Shown in pieces: positions 17,852-28,823 of a stretch of DNA of 64,000 bases. The notes below the pieces were generated by a model that made no database searches, had not been told where the DNA came from, and worked only from the letters and a program-made list of their open reading frames with translations. A program made the translations under genes and the position numbers. Origin of the DNA: a virus (Duplodnaviria; Caudoviricetes); IMG/VR virus record IMGVR_UViG_3300044448_004493, positions 649 to 64,648 of that record. One strand, 5' to 3'. Position 1 is the stretch's first letter; every line of letters begins with the position of its first letter.

Positions 17852-20800
17852 ATGGCAACAGAAAGTAAAGGTAAAAATATAAAAAATTTAGCTGCATTAG
17901 ATGCACCTTTATTAAATGATTCAGGATATCCAATATCTGCAATATGGGAGTCTCCTACTTTTAATAATGATTATGGAACAACTGGGGATAATATTGGTGG
18001 TACTGGTACTTCTTTTGGAAGACCTGAAGATTATATGGAGTTACATATTTCGGATTTAAATGGAAATATATTAACTTCAGATGTAAATTTTCAAAACTAC
18101 AAAACAGTAGAGGCTACAAAGGATGGACTTATAAATTCGATAGATATAGATCCTGATGAAATTTTAAAAAATAGAGGATATAATACAGGTCAATATGTTT
18201 TAAATTTAAATATTTTAAGAAGAAAAATAATAAATGCTGAAAAATTATCGTTTGAACTTAAAGATATTTCAGCCTCGAGAACAGAAATAAAAGCAATAAC
18301 CGGTCTAAGTAATAAAATATTAGATCCTGCTGTAAGTGTTTTTATATCAGAATTAGAATCATCATCATTATTTAAAAGTTTCTCATTAAATTTTGGTCAA
18401 AATTTAATGGTAGAGGGGTTAAATGTATTATTAAATAAAAAATCTAAACAACATGAGATTTTTATTAAATTATCTAATCCCTTACCTAATACAATAAGTT
18501 TATCAGATTCTTTTAATATAGTAGAATTATTATCTGATCCTTATCAAACTGTTGTAAATTTAGGAGATACTCAACCAAGGGTTAGTGCTATACAGTTAAG
18601 AGGACCTAATTTTGGTATTGAAGTAGATTTAGATAATAGTATTCCCTCAGATTATAAAACATATAATGATGTACTTAATTATAGCTTAACCTCTTCCTAT
18701 CAACATCTTTTAAGTAGACTAGAAAACCCCGAACATGTAAGTATTAAATATGATTATATTAGACCTGTTTCTTCAAGTTTAGAAGATGTAGAAAAAACTT
18801 ATCATTTTGAAAATTTTGTACATTTTGGTAGTGCTAGAGATCGTTTAAAAAACTTTAAATATAAATTAGAATTAATAGAAATTTATAATTCACAATCTCT
18901 TAATTTAAATAATACTCCAGGAGCTACATCTTCTTCAAAATATATTTTAGAAAATATAGAAAATATTAATAATAAAAAACAAAACATATTAAAAGGATTT
19001 GATGGTTATGAAAGATTTTTATATTATGAATCAGGAGCCTATTCTTGGCCTAAAGCAAATTCAACACCTCCTTTTAATTTAAGAGCAGTATCTTCTTCAG
19101 AAGCAAAAATATGGTATGGGGATGATAAAGATTCTTACAATTTTTATGGGGGTCAGTTATTATCAGCTTCCTTATATGATGATAATAATCAATATAGTTT
19201 AATTAAAACAATTCCTAACCATATTTTAGATAATCCTGATAATAATTTTTATTCATCTTTTACTAATATGGTGGGTCAACATTTTGATCAAATATGGACT
19301 TATATTAAACATATTACCGAAATTAATAACACACATCATACAAGAGGTATCTCAAAAGATTTAGTTTATTTTTCATTAAAAAGTTTAGGATTAGAAACAT
19401 TTGATCAATTTGAAAATACAAGTTTAATAGAATATATTTTAGGAGAAGGAACAGCAGGAAGTAATGTTTATGATACCCCCGCAAACCAAACATTAATAAC
19501 AGGTTCAAATGAGGGATCAACCCCCAAAGGAGATATTTCTAAAGAAATTTGGAAACGTTTATACCATAATGCCCCTTATCTTTTAAAAACTAAAGGAACA
19601 GAAAGAGGACTTAGAGCTTTAATGAGTTGTTATGGAATACCTTCTACAATATTAAATGTAAAAGAATATGGGGGTCCTACAAAAAATCTAGATTTAGATA
19701 CAACATATAAAACATTTAGTTATGATAAATCTGGGTTGGCTTTAAAAGGAGACTCAGGAACAGGAGGATATTTTATAAAAACAGATTGGTCTTCTTCTTT
19801 AACAGATGCTTTATCAGCATCAGCTAAAACAGTAGAATTTAGAATAAAACCAATAAGAACAACATCACAATATCATTTATTTGGTTTATCAGGAAGTACT
19901 GCAAATAATGATCCACATTTAGTATTAAAACCCTATACAGGTAATGATATATCAGCTTCAGGAGATAGAACTAAATTTGGTAGATTAGAATTATATATAG
20001 CTAACTCTGTTGAAGCTTCATCTTCTTATTTTCCTGTATATAATCAAGATTTTTGGAATATATTTATTGGTTATGAAAGTACATCAGGAAGTAATTCAAC
20101 TATAAAATTTGGAGCATATCAATCTAATTGGTTAAAAAATACACTTTATTATACAGGTAGTATTTTTGAACAATCAGAAGCTGCAAGAGCTTTAACTTTT
20201 GGAGATCCTTACTCAGCTAGTGCTGCTCATATAGGAGGAGCCTCATTTGCTTATTTTGGAGGAGTAGAAGCAAACCCTGCTGGGGCTTATAATACTGTAG
20301 ATACATTAAAATATTCTGGTTCACTTCACGAAATTAAATATCATTTTGGAGAATTATTATCTCATAATACTCTTAAAAAACATGCACTTGAACCTTACAT
20401 GTATGGAGGTAATACTATTTCTTCTTCTTATACTAATGTAGTTTTAAGATTACCATTAGGAAGTAATGACCAAAAAGATAGTTCAAGTTTTCATCCTAAC
20501 CAAAATATAGATTATATACCAAGTAGTAGTATATTATCAAATATGTCTTCCCAAGGATGGGAAGAAACTAATGAATTACATCATCATATCACTCCTGATA
20601 CTGTTGGTATTTCAATGACTAGTGAAAAAGTTAGAATAGACTCAGGATCAATTGATGATGGTATATTATCTTCTAAAATAAAATCAGAAACATCTACATT
20701 AGATAGACAACCTCAAGATTTTGAAGATTTAGGAGTTTTCTTTTCACCAACAACAGAATTAAATGAAGATATAGTTTATACTTTAGGTGGATTTAGATTA

Positions 20801-21451
20801 GACGATTATATAGGTTCACCTTTACCTTCAGCTCAAACATCTTCTACATATGAAGATTTAGGCGAAATAAATCATTTTTATTTTAGAAAAACAAAAAGAA
20901 GATATAATTACACAGATTATATAAAACAAATACAATATATAGATCATACTTTATTTAAACTAATTAAACAATGGGTACCTGCAAAATCTAACTTAAAAAC
21001 AGGTTTATTAATTGAACCACATTATTTAGAAAGAACTAAATTTGCAAGAGAATTACCTATAAGATCTGACGGTCAAACAATGGTCACAGGTTCTCATCAA
21101 ACTTTTGAAGCAGATATAAAAGGTGAAAGTATTGATGAAATATATTCTATATCACAATCTTCTGTAGTTGCTACCCAAAACTACAAAATAAGTGGTAAAA
21201 TGACGGGTAGTAATCATAGAAGAATAGTAGGAGGAACTAACGCAGAAATTAATGTAACAGGATATATATTAGACGAACCACAACAAGCAGCACAGGCTCC
21301 TATTAGACCTTATCATACTAGTAAGCCAGATGGGTATATAGCAAGACAATCTAATACTTTTTTAGGTAATGCTATTAAAGGAAGAAAATCTTCTAAATAT
21401 TTTTATACTAAAAGTAGTGGTTCTAACGTAGGAAATTATTATATAGTTTAA
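17852..21451 (+). CDS. large baseplate wedge protein (gp7/tail-I-like)
   Basis: IWKRLYHNAPYLLKTKGTERGLRALMSCYGIP resembles the KGT..G motif of P2 gpI/T4 gp7-type wedge proteins; 1199 aa. Confidence 0.6.
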   Translation: MATESKGKNIKNLAALDAPLLNDSGYPISAIWESPTFNNDYGTTGDNIGGTGTSFGRPEDYMELHISDLNGNILTSDVNFQNYKTVEATKDGLINSIDIDPDEILKNRGYNTGQYVLNLNILRRKIINAEKLSFELKDISASRTEIKAITGLSNKILDPAVSVFISELESSSLFKSFSLNFGQNLMVEGLNVLLNKKSKQHEIFIKLSNPLPNTISLSDSFNIVELLSDPYQTVVNLGDTQPRVSAIQLRGPNFGIEVDLDNSIPSDYKTYNDVLNYSLTSSYQHLLSRLENPEHVSIKYDYIRPVSSSLEDVEKTYHFENFVHFGSARDRLKNFKYKLELIEIYNSQSLNLNNTPGATSSSKYILENIENINNKKQNILKGFDGYERFLYYESGAYSWPKANSTPPFNLRAVSSSEAKIWYGDDKDSYNFYGGQLLSASLYDDNNQYSLIKTIPNHILDNPDNNFYSSFTNMVGQHFDQIWTYIKHITEINNTHHTRGISKDLVYFSLKSLGLETFDQFENTSLIEYILGEGTAGSNVYDTPANQTLITGSNEGSTPKGDISKEIWKRLYHNAPYLLKTKGTERGLRALMSCYGIPSTILNVKEYGGPTKNLDLDTTYKTFSYDKSGLALKGDSGTGGYFIKTDWSSSLTDALSASAKTVEFRIKPIRTTSQYHLFGLSGSTANNDPHLVLKPYTGNDISASGDRTKFGRLELYIANSVEASSSYFPVYNQDFWNIFIGYESTSGSNSTIKFGAYQSNWLKNTLYYTGSIFEQSEAARALTFGDPYSASAAHIGGASFAYFGGVEANPAGAYNTVDTLKYSGSLHEIKYHFGELLSHNTLKKHALEPYMYGGNTISSSYTNVVLRLPLGSNDQKDSSSFHPNQNIDYIPSSSILSNMSSQGWEETNELHHHITPDTVGISMTSEKVRIDSGSIDDGILSSKIKSETSTLDRQPQDFEDLGVFFSPTTELNEDIVYTLGGFRLDDYIGSPLPSAQTSSTYEDLGEINHFYFRKTKRRYNYTDYIKQIQYIDHTLFKLIKQWVPAKSNLKTGLLIEPHYLERTKFARELPIRSDGQTMVTGSHQTFEADIKGESIDEIYSISQSSVVATQNYKISGKMTGSNHRRIVGGTNAEINVTGYILDEPQQAAQAPIRPYHTSKPDGYIARQSNTFLGNAIKGRKSSKYFYTKSSGSNVGNYYIV

Positions 21452-21452
21452 T

Positions 21453-23075
21453 ATGAGTAAGAAAAAAGAATTTATAGTAGAATTTGATGATGCTCTTTTA
21501 TCTTTAAAAGGGTGGAATAATCCAAGATATGATGGATGTAAATTAACAGCAGCAAAAGTAAATAAATATACTGTTGGTGATAAAACATATGGTAAAAAAC
21601 CAGTTTTAGAAAGTAAAACCAACGCATTATATATAGCTAATGTAATATTAAATGCAGATTCTCCTGCTAATAATGAATATACTACTATAAAAAAACACAG
21701 TTATATAGGAATAAGTAAAATGTTATTAATAAACCAAAGAGATGATACAGTTACTGTTTTAGATAGTTTGGGACCTGGAGACAATGTAGGTAATGTTAGT
21801 TTTTTAGGATTTAATAGATATTTAACTACTGATTTTAGAACAGGAACTAAATTTAATATTAAGTTATTAGATGAAACTGTTCAAACAAATCTTAAACAAG
21901 GAGGATATTATGTAAAAATGAATAAAGGATATTTGTATCCTGCTTTCAAATATAGATTTATTTATGATGTTGATAATCATGATAAGAGAAATGGAATGTA
22001 TCTTTATGATAGACTTATAGATTCAGGATCTTTAGTAACAGGAGGAACTGTAAATTCATCCGGACCTTATGGTCCTACAATAAGTGGTAGTTTAAGATTT
22101 AGATATGCTAATTTTTGGGGATCTGTAGGAGCTACAAGTTTTGATTTAACTGATTCTACCCCATCATTTGCAAGTTCTTCTATATTACAAAATGTTTTTA
22201 CTGAACAATATTATTCAGGAGCTTATGGTGTTATAAATGATGACCCAACAGGAGGTACTAATGCTGCAAAATACGCAAATTCGGGTATTGGAAAAGCAAG
22301 TAGATTTTTGGCACAAGACACATTAACATTCTTAAAAAGAAATAATGCAGATACTAGTTTAAATCCAGAAGATAAAACAGAAGTTCATGTAACCTTTTTT
22401 AATGGTACAAAAGATTTTGCTCCTGGATTTAATGATGAAAGAAGTATAAGTACTTTTGAAATGGATTCACACCAACCAGCAGTATCTTTAGGAGATGAGA
22501 CTTGTAATGCAGGTCTTCCTTTAAGACATGAATTTTTATTAAAAGGTCAATTATATCCTAATGGAGACCCTAGATTTATACCTACTATAAACCACCATAT
22601 AGATGATATTCTAACTACTTATTTTGATGATGATGGGGCAAGTGGTTGCTACACAGATGCAAGCGCAGATTTTATAAACAATGCAAGTGTATTTGTGCAA
22701 GGAGGAAATGAAGGAGAACAGGGGTGCATAGAATCAACATTTATTGGTGCTTTTGGATGTACTCCTATTGATACTTTTACATCTGATAATAGTACTTCAG
22801 GATCATTTATAGGTAAAAGAACTGATGGTTCAACAGGTGTAGTTAATGGTTCATTTGATTATGAAATATCATTTTTGAAAAAAGATCATGTAATTATAGC
22901 CGACGTAGATAAAGACTTTGAATTACCTAATGGTATTGGTTCAAAAGAATTAGTTTTAATACCACAAGATATAGATGATAACATACAAAGAAATTTAAAT
23001 TATTATTTACAACAAGCAGGATTATTAGACACTAAAATTACAAAAAGTCCTCGTAATGACAAAAGATTTAAATAA
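21453..23075 (+). CDS. virion structural protein
   Basis: Within the baseplate operon; S/G/T-rich. Confidence 0.5.
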   Translation: MSKKKEFIVEFDDALLSLKGWNNPRYDGCKLTAAKVNKYTVGDKTYGKKPVLESKTNALYIANVILNADSPANNEYTTIKKHSYIGISKMLLINQRDDTVTVLDSLGPGDNVGNVSFLGFNRYLTTDFRTGTKFNIKLLDETVQTNLKQGGYYVKMNKGYLYPAFKYRFIYDVDNHDKRNGMYLYDRLIDSGSLVTGGTVNSSGPYGPTISGSLRFRYANFWGSVGATSFDLTDSTPSFASSSILQNVFTEQYYSGAYGVINDDPTGGTNAAKYANSGIGKASRFLAQDTLTFLKRNNADTSLNPEDKTEVHVTFFNGTKDFAPGFNDERSISTFEMDSHQPAVSLGDETCNAGLPLRHEFLLKGQLYPNGDPRFIPTINHHIDDILTTYFDDDGASGCYTDASADFINNASVFVQGGNEGEQGCIESTFIGAFGCTPIDTFTSDNSTSGSFIGKRTDGSTGVVNGSFDYEISFLKKDHVIIADVDKDFELPNGIGSKELVLIPQDIDDNIQRNLNYYLQQAGLLDTKITKSPRNDKRFK

Positions 23076-23099
23076 ACATGCTACTTTTTAAAAACCTTT

Positions 23100-23108
23100 A
23101 TATTTATA
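23100..23108 (+). promoter_or_regulatory. putative late promoter ATATTTATA
   Basis: Recurrent motif, 15 nt before ATG 23124. Confidence 0.65.
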
Positions 23109-23123
23109 ATAAAATACAGACAA

Positions 23124-23825
23124 ATGGGATACTTAGATAACAGTTCAATTACAGTAGACGCGATTTTAACTAAAAAAGGTCGTGAATTACTATCAAGAAA
23201 TGATGGTTCGTTTAAAATAACACAATTTGCATTAGCAGATGATGAAATAGATTATACTATGTTTAATGAAAATCATCCTAATGGTACTCAATATGCAGCA
23301 GAAGCTATTGAAAATATGGTCTTAATTGAAGCCATTCCTGATGAATCTAATATAATGAGACATAAATTAGTAACATTAGATACAGGAACTTCAGTTTTAC
23401 CTTTTATTTCATCAGTAGATTCACCAGTAAGATTATCTTTAGGATCTAATAAAATAATCTCACCTAAAACAATTAACTTTAATGGAAACACAGCACAATC
23501 TGTAGAACCAGATGGATATGCTTTTACAATAGCAGATGCTAGAATAGTATCTAGATTTGTAGCCGATGGAGGTGGTAATACAGGTATAAGTAGTGTAAAC
23601 AGTGTATCTACTACAGCATTTAGCCAAACAGTATATGGTAATACTTGTACTATACAAGGTATTTCAAAATCCGCTCTATTTGGTTTAAATCAAACATTAT
23701 TAACTTCATTAAAAATTGAAGGAAGAACATCTGGAGCTACTATATCAGTTCCTGTAGAAATAAGTAAAAAGAATACAATAGTTGGAGCAGCATCAGTAGC
23801 CGCTATTCCATCACAATCTTTATAA
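23124..23825 (+). CDS. virion structural protein (baseplate)
   Basis: MGYLDNSSITVDAILTKKGRELL..FKITQFALADDEIDY N-terminus, of the type seen in baseplate/fibre-attachment proteins. Confidence 0.55.
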   Translation: MGYLDNSSITVDAILTKKGRELLSRNDGSFKITQFALADDEIDYTMFNENHPNGTQYAAEAIENMVLIEAIPDESNIMRHKLVTLDTGTSVLPFISSVDSPVRLSLGSNKIISPKTINFNGNTAQSVEPDGYAFTIADARIVSRFVADGGGNTGISSVNSVSTTAFSQTVYGNTCTIQGISKSALFGLNQTLLTSLKIEGRTSGATISVPVEISKKNTIVGAASVAAIPSQSL

Positions 23826-23835
23826 AAAATAAAAT

Positions 23836-24927
23836 ATGACACTAATAAGATTTAACCCAGGTGATACATTAGCAAAAGATGAAAAAATAGGAATATCTAC
23901 TTGGAGTGATAATACAAATAATTTACAATCATCTTACACATCATCCTTAATATCATACCCTAGCTCACCAACAGCATCTTCAGCGTTTTACTTAGAAGTG
24001 TTTAACACAATGTCACAAGCAGGACCTCCAACAGCTGCTGAAGTTCAGTATGCTATTAGTTATGGTCATAAAGAGGGATCTGGGTCACAAGATTTTACTA
24101 ATGATGTAGGTTCTTTTGGTAATAGTGCTGCTAGAACTATATATGGTCAGTATAGAAATTTAGTTTTTGGTGATGAAACTCAAAACTTTACATTTGGAAC
24201 TCATGTACCTAATGATATTTATGTTATTAATGTAAATAGATCAAGATACAGACAACAACTTAAATTAGGTTCTTTAAATTTACATTTACATTTAAGTGGA
24301 GCGGGAGTCCTTGCAACTGACGTATCTACAATAAAATTAACAGATGATAGTGTAACTAATCCAGCAGGTTTAGGAAATTCAAATTTAGGACCCTATTTCA
24401 ATATAGTATCTGGTTCAAGTGGTATAATGTCAGGATCTACTGTAAATCAAATAGCAAATAGTGCTTCTTATGGAATGATATTTCCTAATGCAGGATTAAT
24501 TATATTAAACCCTGATGCTTTTCACACAGCTTCAGCATTATACCCTTACAGAAACCCAAATGGAAACTTTACAGCTTCATATAATGAAGGTCAACCAGGT
24601 AATGTAGCCTGGGAAAACCCATCAAGATTATTCAATGCAATATCAGGGGCGGGATATTTTATATTAGATAGTGAAGAATCTGTTAGTTCTCAATATTATT
24701 TTGTGAGAGCAAGAAATAACGAATTTAATTACACTAATAATCCTACATTTTCAGATGATGAAGGAAATGTAGCTTTTGATAGTATGATTAATAGTCCAAA
24801 AACTTTTATAACAACTATTGGATTATATAGTGATAATAATGATTTATTAGCTGTAGCTAAATTAAGTCAACCTATAGCTAAAGATCCTACTAAAGAAGCA
24901 CTAATTAGAGTAAAACTAGATTATTAA
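23836..24927 (+). CDS. virion structural protein (baseplate)
   Basis: C-terminal TTIGLYSDNNDLLAVAKLSQPI is shared with the next gene. Confidence 0.55.
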   Translation: MTLIRFNPGDTLAKDEKIGISTWSDNTNNLQSSYTSSLISYPSSPTASSAFYLEVFNTMSQAGPPTAAEVQYAISYGHKEGSGSQDFTNDVGSFGNSAARTIYGQYRNLVFGDETQNFTFGTHVPNDIYVINVNRSRYRQQLKLGSLNLHLHLSGAGVLATDVSTIKLTDDSVTNPAGLGNSNLGPYFNIVSGSSGIMSGSTVNQIANSASYGMIFPNAGLIILNPDAFHTASALYPYRNPNGNFTASYNEGQPGNVAWENPSRLFNAISGAGYFILDSEESVSSQYYFVRARNNEFNYTNNPTFSDDEGNVAFDSMINSPKTFITTIGLYSDNNDLLAVAKLSQPIAKDPTKEALIRVKLDY

Positions 24928-24938
24928 AATGTCTTTTA

Positions 24939-27422
24939 ATGGCGTCAATTTACAAGAAATTCACAGCTCAGGATTTTGCAATAATCCCTTTTAACGCCCA
25001 CAAACAGTATAATTTTGTTTCGAGTTCAGCTTCAGGTAATTCAATAAATCATTATAATACAAGGTGGACTTCAGAATCTATTTCTAATTATAGTACACAT
25101 CCTTTAAGTGCTTCAGTTGACACTATTAATGCGATTAAATATAATCAGATTAATCATTTATTTTATAAACATTTTATGAAAAACCCTTCTAGGGTTTTTG
25201 AAGGTGTTAATTATTTAACTCATCATAGGGTTTTATATGAAAAAACAAATATACTATCTCTTCCAACAGGTTTATATGGATATGAAGTAAAACCAGGATC
25301 TTTTTATATTTCAAGTAGTAAATACCAAGTAGTAGATGATAATAATGGAAATCTTATAATACAAGGTACAAACACAGATAATTATCCCACAGATAAAAGA
25401 CAAAATGTATTTAAATTAGAACCAACAGAAGGATTTAAAGCATATGATCTAGGAGTCTTTAAAGGATATGCCGTTTTTAGATATGAACGTGAACCTGTTG
25501 AAGTAGCTGACCCAATTAGAGAAGTAGCAGGGGGAACAAACAGTACCCCTAATCGTCTTACTACTGGTTTAACTTCTATAAAAGATACAGGACCTTGGCG
25601 TTTTTATACAAGAAAATTTTATAGAAGAGGAGAAAGAAATCCTAACGCATCTTCTCATTATTCAACCCCTTCTGGTATATTTGATATTGATGATAGCTAT
25701 CATTTTAATAATATTAGATATTATAATGCACAATTTCAATCATCAAATTTAGGCTCTACAGAACATAAATTTCCATCTATATATTTTGACTGTATAACAG
25801 GTTCTTATGTAATGTCTCCTCATAATGAAAATTTTAATTTTAGTTCTAATGACCAAGATGATGATTTTGCAATTTCCTTTTTTATGAACCCCAAACCAAT
25901 AGGGGATTCATCACAAGCAGTAATAGGAAACGAATTAGGAGGAGGAACAATATTTCATACAGATTCTAATTATATTTATGTTGCTTCAGTATTACAATCA
26001 GATTTTGCATATGAAAATGTTGATTTTTGGGGTCCTAATAACACAGTAGGTGCTAATGATAATACTATGGGGGGAGGATTAGCTAACACTAATGCAATGA
26101 AATCACATGCTAGTTATAATCAAGGTAACACAATAGCTTATAATTTACCTACTGTAGGGGGTTATTCAGATTGGTGGTTTGCTAATCAATTAGAAACTAA
26201 AACAATTATTACTAATTTACTTCCTACTAACTCAACGTTATTAGATGATGTTATTGAAAATCAACTAAATCCATGTGGGTTATCTTCTAATGATTTTGTA
26301 GTATTAGGTACTAGTTATGAAAGAAATAGCTTAACATATTATCCTTTATTATTTTATTTAAATTCTGATGCTGGTTTAGATGATTTTGTATATGAAAATG
26401 GATCAAAAAAGGGAAGTTTTACAACAAATATGAGTGTACAAAAAGATGGAAGTACTTGTCATTACCAATATTATTTTGTAGTAAGAAAAATAGCACTCAA
26501 TACTTTAGATTCAAACACAGAAAAACGTTATATATTATCTAAAAGTACTACAAAAACAGTAACTCCAAAAGCACAAGAAGGAAAATCGGCAACACAAAAT
26601 ACTAGTCTTAAAGGTAATATGCAACCTTTAGACACACAAGCAGAACCACAATTTCCTTTTGAAATATATATGATTAGTCAATCTTTATATTTTGATAGAT
26701 CAGATGGTGATAATACTGTTTCTATTAATTGTCTTGTAACAGGATCTGATAACACGGTAATAAACGACTCCCATATATTATGTCAAAAAACAGGTTCTTT
26801 AATGGAAATCTATTTTAATGGAAATTTAATAACATCAGGAAGTACTAGTAATTTATCACAAACTAGAAATACTGCTAATTTATATATAGGTTCTAAAGGA
26901 AGACAGAGTATAGCTGATAATGGAAAAAAATCACAAATTAGATTTTTTAATGGTAGATTAACTAATTTAAATATTTGGGACAGAACTTTCTCCCAAATAG
27001 AAGTTACAAATATATCTGAAAGTATAAATGCTTCTCCTTATGTAGGAAATATATTTTATAGAAATGGTTTTGCAACAATAACACATCCTAAATATTATAC
27101 TATATTATCTAGTTCTGCTGTTGAAGGGAATTTAAAAGAATTAAAATTTAAAGGAACACATTTACTTTATGAACATGAATATCAATGTACCATTAAAGAA
27201 AATGAATATAATGGTTCATATAATATATCTGCTCGTAAAGAAAAATCAAATACATCTTATGAAATAGCTGATTTTGCTACTGGTTCTAATTTTAAACCAC
27301 ATGTTACAACAATTGGTTTATATAATGAAGATAATGAATTATTAGTTGTTGGTAAATTAGGACAACCTATAAGAATGTCAGATGAAACTGACACAACTTT
27401 TGTACTTCGTTGGGATACCTAA
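24939..27422 (+). CDS. baseplate/virion protein with a LamG/concanavalin-like region
   Basis: LMEIYFNG..LYIGS..FFNGRLTNLNIWDRTFSQIEV LamG-like end; C-terminal TTIGLYNEDNELLVVGKLGQPI. Confidence 0.55.
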   Translation: MASIYKKFTAQDFAIIPFNAHKQYNFVSSSASGNSINHYNTRWTSESISNYSTHPLSASVDTINAIKYNQINHLFYKHFMKNPSRVFEGVNYLTHHRVLYEKTNILSLPTGLYGYEVKPGSFYISSSKYQVVDDNNGNLIIQGTNTDNYPTDKRQNVFKLEPTEGFKAYDLGVFKGYAVFRYEREPVEVADPIREVAGGTNSTPNRLTTGLTSIKDTGPWRFYTRKFYRRGERNPNASSHYSTPSGIFDIDDSYHFNNIRYYNAQFQSSNLGSTEHKFPSIYFDCITGSYVMSPHNENFNFSSNDQDDDFAISFFMNPKPIGDSSQAVIGNELGGGTIFHTDSNYIYVASVLQSDFAYENVDFWGPNNTVGANDNTMGGGLANTNAMKSHASYNQGNTIAYNLPTVGGYSDWWFANQLETKTIITNLLPTNSTLLDDVIENQLNPCGLSSNDFVVLGTSYERNSLTYYPLLFYLNSDAGLDDFVYENGSKKGSFTTNMSVQKDGSTCHYQYYFVVRKIALNTLDSNTEKRYILSKSTTKTVTPKAQEGKSATQNTSLKGNMQPLDTQAEPQFPFEIYMISQSLYFDRSDGDNTVSINCLVTGSDNTVINDSHILCQKTGSLMEIYFNGNLITSGSTSNLSQTRNTANLYIGSKGRQSIADNGKKSQIRFFNGRLTNLNIWDRTFSQIEVTNISESINASPYVGNIFYRNGFATITHPKYYTILSSSAVEGNLKELKFKGTHLLYEHEYQCTIKENEYNGSYNISARKEKSNTSYEIADFATGSNFKPHVTTIGLYNEDNELLVVGKLGQPIRMSDETDTTFVLRWDT

Positions 27423-27441
27423 AATCTCTTTTATACATTTA
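27409..27441 (+). promoter_or_regulatory. putative host-RNAP promoter GTTG-N21-TACATTTA
   Basis: Close to the Bacteroidota TTTG/TAnnTTTG consensus; upstream of the GIY-YIG/primase pair. Confidence 0.4.
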
Positions 27442-27446
27442 TTATT

Positions 27447-27872
27447 ATGTGGTATTACTTAAACAATCAAATTAATGAAATCGTTGACCTCCCTGAAGGA
27501 GCATTCGGTTTTATTTATCAAACAACCCACACTCCAACAGGAAAAAAATATATTGGAAAAAAATCTTTAATTTATAATTTAAAGAAAAAATTGGGTAAAA
27601 AAGAAAAAGCACTTTGGGAAGGAAAAGGTCGTCCTCCTGTATATAAACAAGTACAAAAAGAAAGCGATTGGAAAACTTACTATGGTTCACACAGTTTTAT
27701 AAAAGAAGCAAATAAAGAAGACTTAGAAAGAAAAATCCTACAAGTGGCTTTTAACAAAAAAGAACTTACATATTTAGAATGTAAGTATCAATTTATGTTA
27801 GAAGTTTTAGAAGATAAAAAATACCTTAATGACAATATATTAGGTAAATTTTACGATAGGGATTTTAAATGA
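27447..27872 (+). CDS. stand-alone GIY-YIG-family nuclease
   Basis: GFIYQTTHTPTGKKYIGKK, followed by YYGS, a Glu helix and YLNDNI. Confidence 0.7.
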   Translation: MWYYLNNQINEIVDLPEGAFGFIYQTTHTPTGKKYIGKKSLIYNLKKKLGKKEKALWEGKGRPPVYKQVQKESDWKTYYGSHSFIKEANKEDLERKILQVAFNKKELTYLECKYQFMLEVLEDKKYLNDNILGKFYDRDFK

Positions 27873-28792
27873 AAGAAGATTTATTAAAACAATTATTAGA
27901 ATCAGTTTTAGGTAGAAGTAAATCTGCTCGTGGGGGAGATGAAGCTGTTTTTACTTGTCCTTCTTGTAATCATCATAAGAAAAAATTAACATTTAATTTA
28001 TTATCCCAAAAATTTCAATGTTGGGTTTGTGGTTATAAAGGCCACAGAGCTTTTCAATTACTTAAAAAAGTTAATGCCCCAGGAGCTACATTTGGTATTT
28101 TAAAAGAAATAGATCAACAATATAACTTTAAAAAACAAATTAAACAAAAAGTTGATCCTAATACTTTAACTTTACCCAAAGAAGTAGTACCTATAATATC
28201 ATCATCTGCAGTTTTATCAAGACATGCTTTACATTATTTAGATCAAAGAGGAATTACAAAACAAGACATAGTAAAATATGATTTACATTATTGTGAACAA
28301 GGACCATTAAAAAATATGGTAGTAATTCCAAGTTATGATAAAGATGGTTTCCTAAATTATTATGTAGGTCGTTCGTTCGATAAAAACGCGTATATTAAAC
28401 ATAAATTGGCTTCCAGTACCAAGGACATAATTGGATTTGAAATGTATATAAACTGGGATCTTCCTGTGATTTTATGCGAAGGTGTATTCGATGCTATGGC
28501 AATAAAACGTAATGCGATTCCTTTATTTGGAAAAAAGATTTCTACAACTTTAATGAAAAAAATTATAGAATCTAAAGTAGAAAAAATATATCTTGCATTA
28601 GATGAAGACGCTTTAAAGGATGCTTTTAACCATGCAGAAACTTTTTTATCTTATGGAAAAAAAGTCTATATTATAGAAATGGGGGATAAAGATCCATCTG
28701 AACTTGGTTTTGAAGTATTTACAAAATTACTTCATAATGCAACTAAACTTACGACTTCTACATTAATTAAAAAAAGGCTAGCCTTGTCGTAA
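27869..28792 (+). CDS. dnaG: DNA primase (Zn finger + TOPRIM)
   Basis: CPSCNH..CWVC zinc finger; EGVFDAMAI and LALDEDA TOPRIM motifs. Confidence 0.9.
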   Translation: MKEDLLKQLLESVLGRSKSARGGDEAVFTCPSCNHHKKKLTFNLLSQKFQCWVCGYKGHRAFQLLKKVNAPGATFGILKEIDQQYNFKKQIKQKVDPNTLTLPKEVVPIISSSAVLSRHALHYLDQRGITKQDIVKYDLHYCEQGPLKNMVVIPSYDKDGFLNYYVGRSFDKNAYIKHKLASSTKDIIGFEMYINWDLPVILCEGVFDAMAIKRNAIPLFGKKISTTLMKKIIESKVEKIYLALDEDALKDAFNHAETFLSYGKKVYIIEMGDKDPSELGFEVFTKLLHNATKLTTSTLIKKRLALS

Positions 28793-28798
28793 AGTTTT

Positions 28799-28807
28799 AT
28801 ATTTATA
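28799..28807 (+). promoter_or_regulatory. putative late promoter ATATTTATA
   Basis: Recurrent motif, 16 nt before ATG 28824. Confidence 0.65.
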
Positions 28808-28823
28808 ACAAACTATACGATTA

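Noticed and set aside
27447-27872. GIY-YIG gene as a mobile homing endonuclease
   Set aside because: It has only the short catalytic domain, with no DNA-binding tail and no intron context; kept as a stand-alone nuclease.
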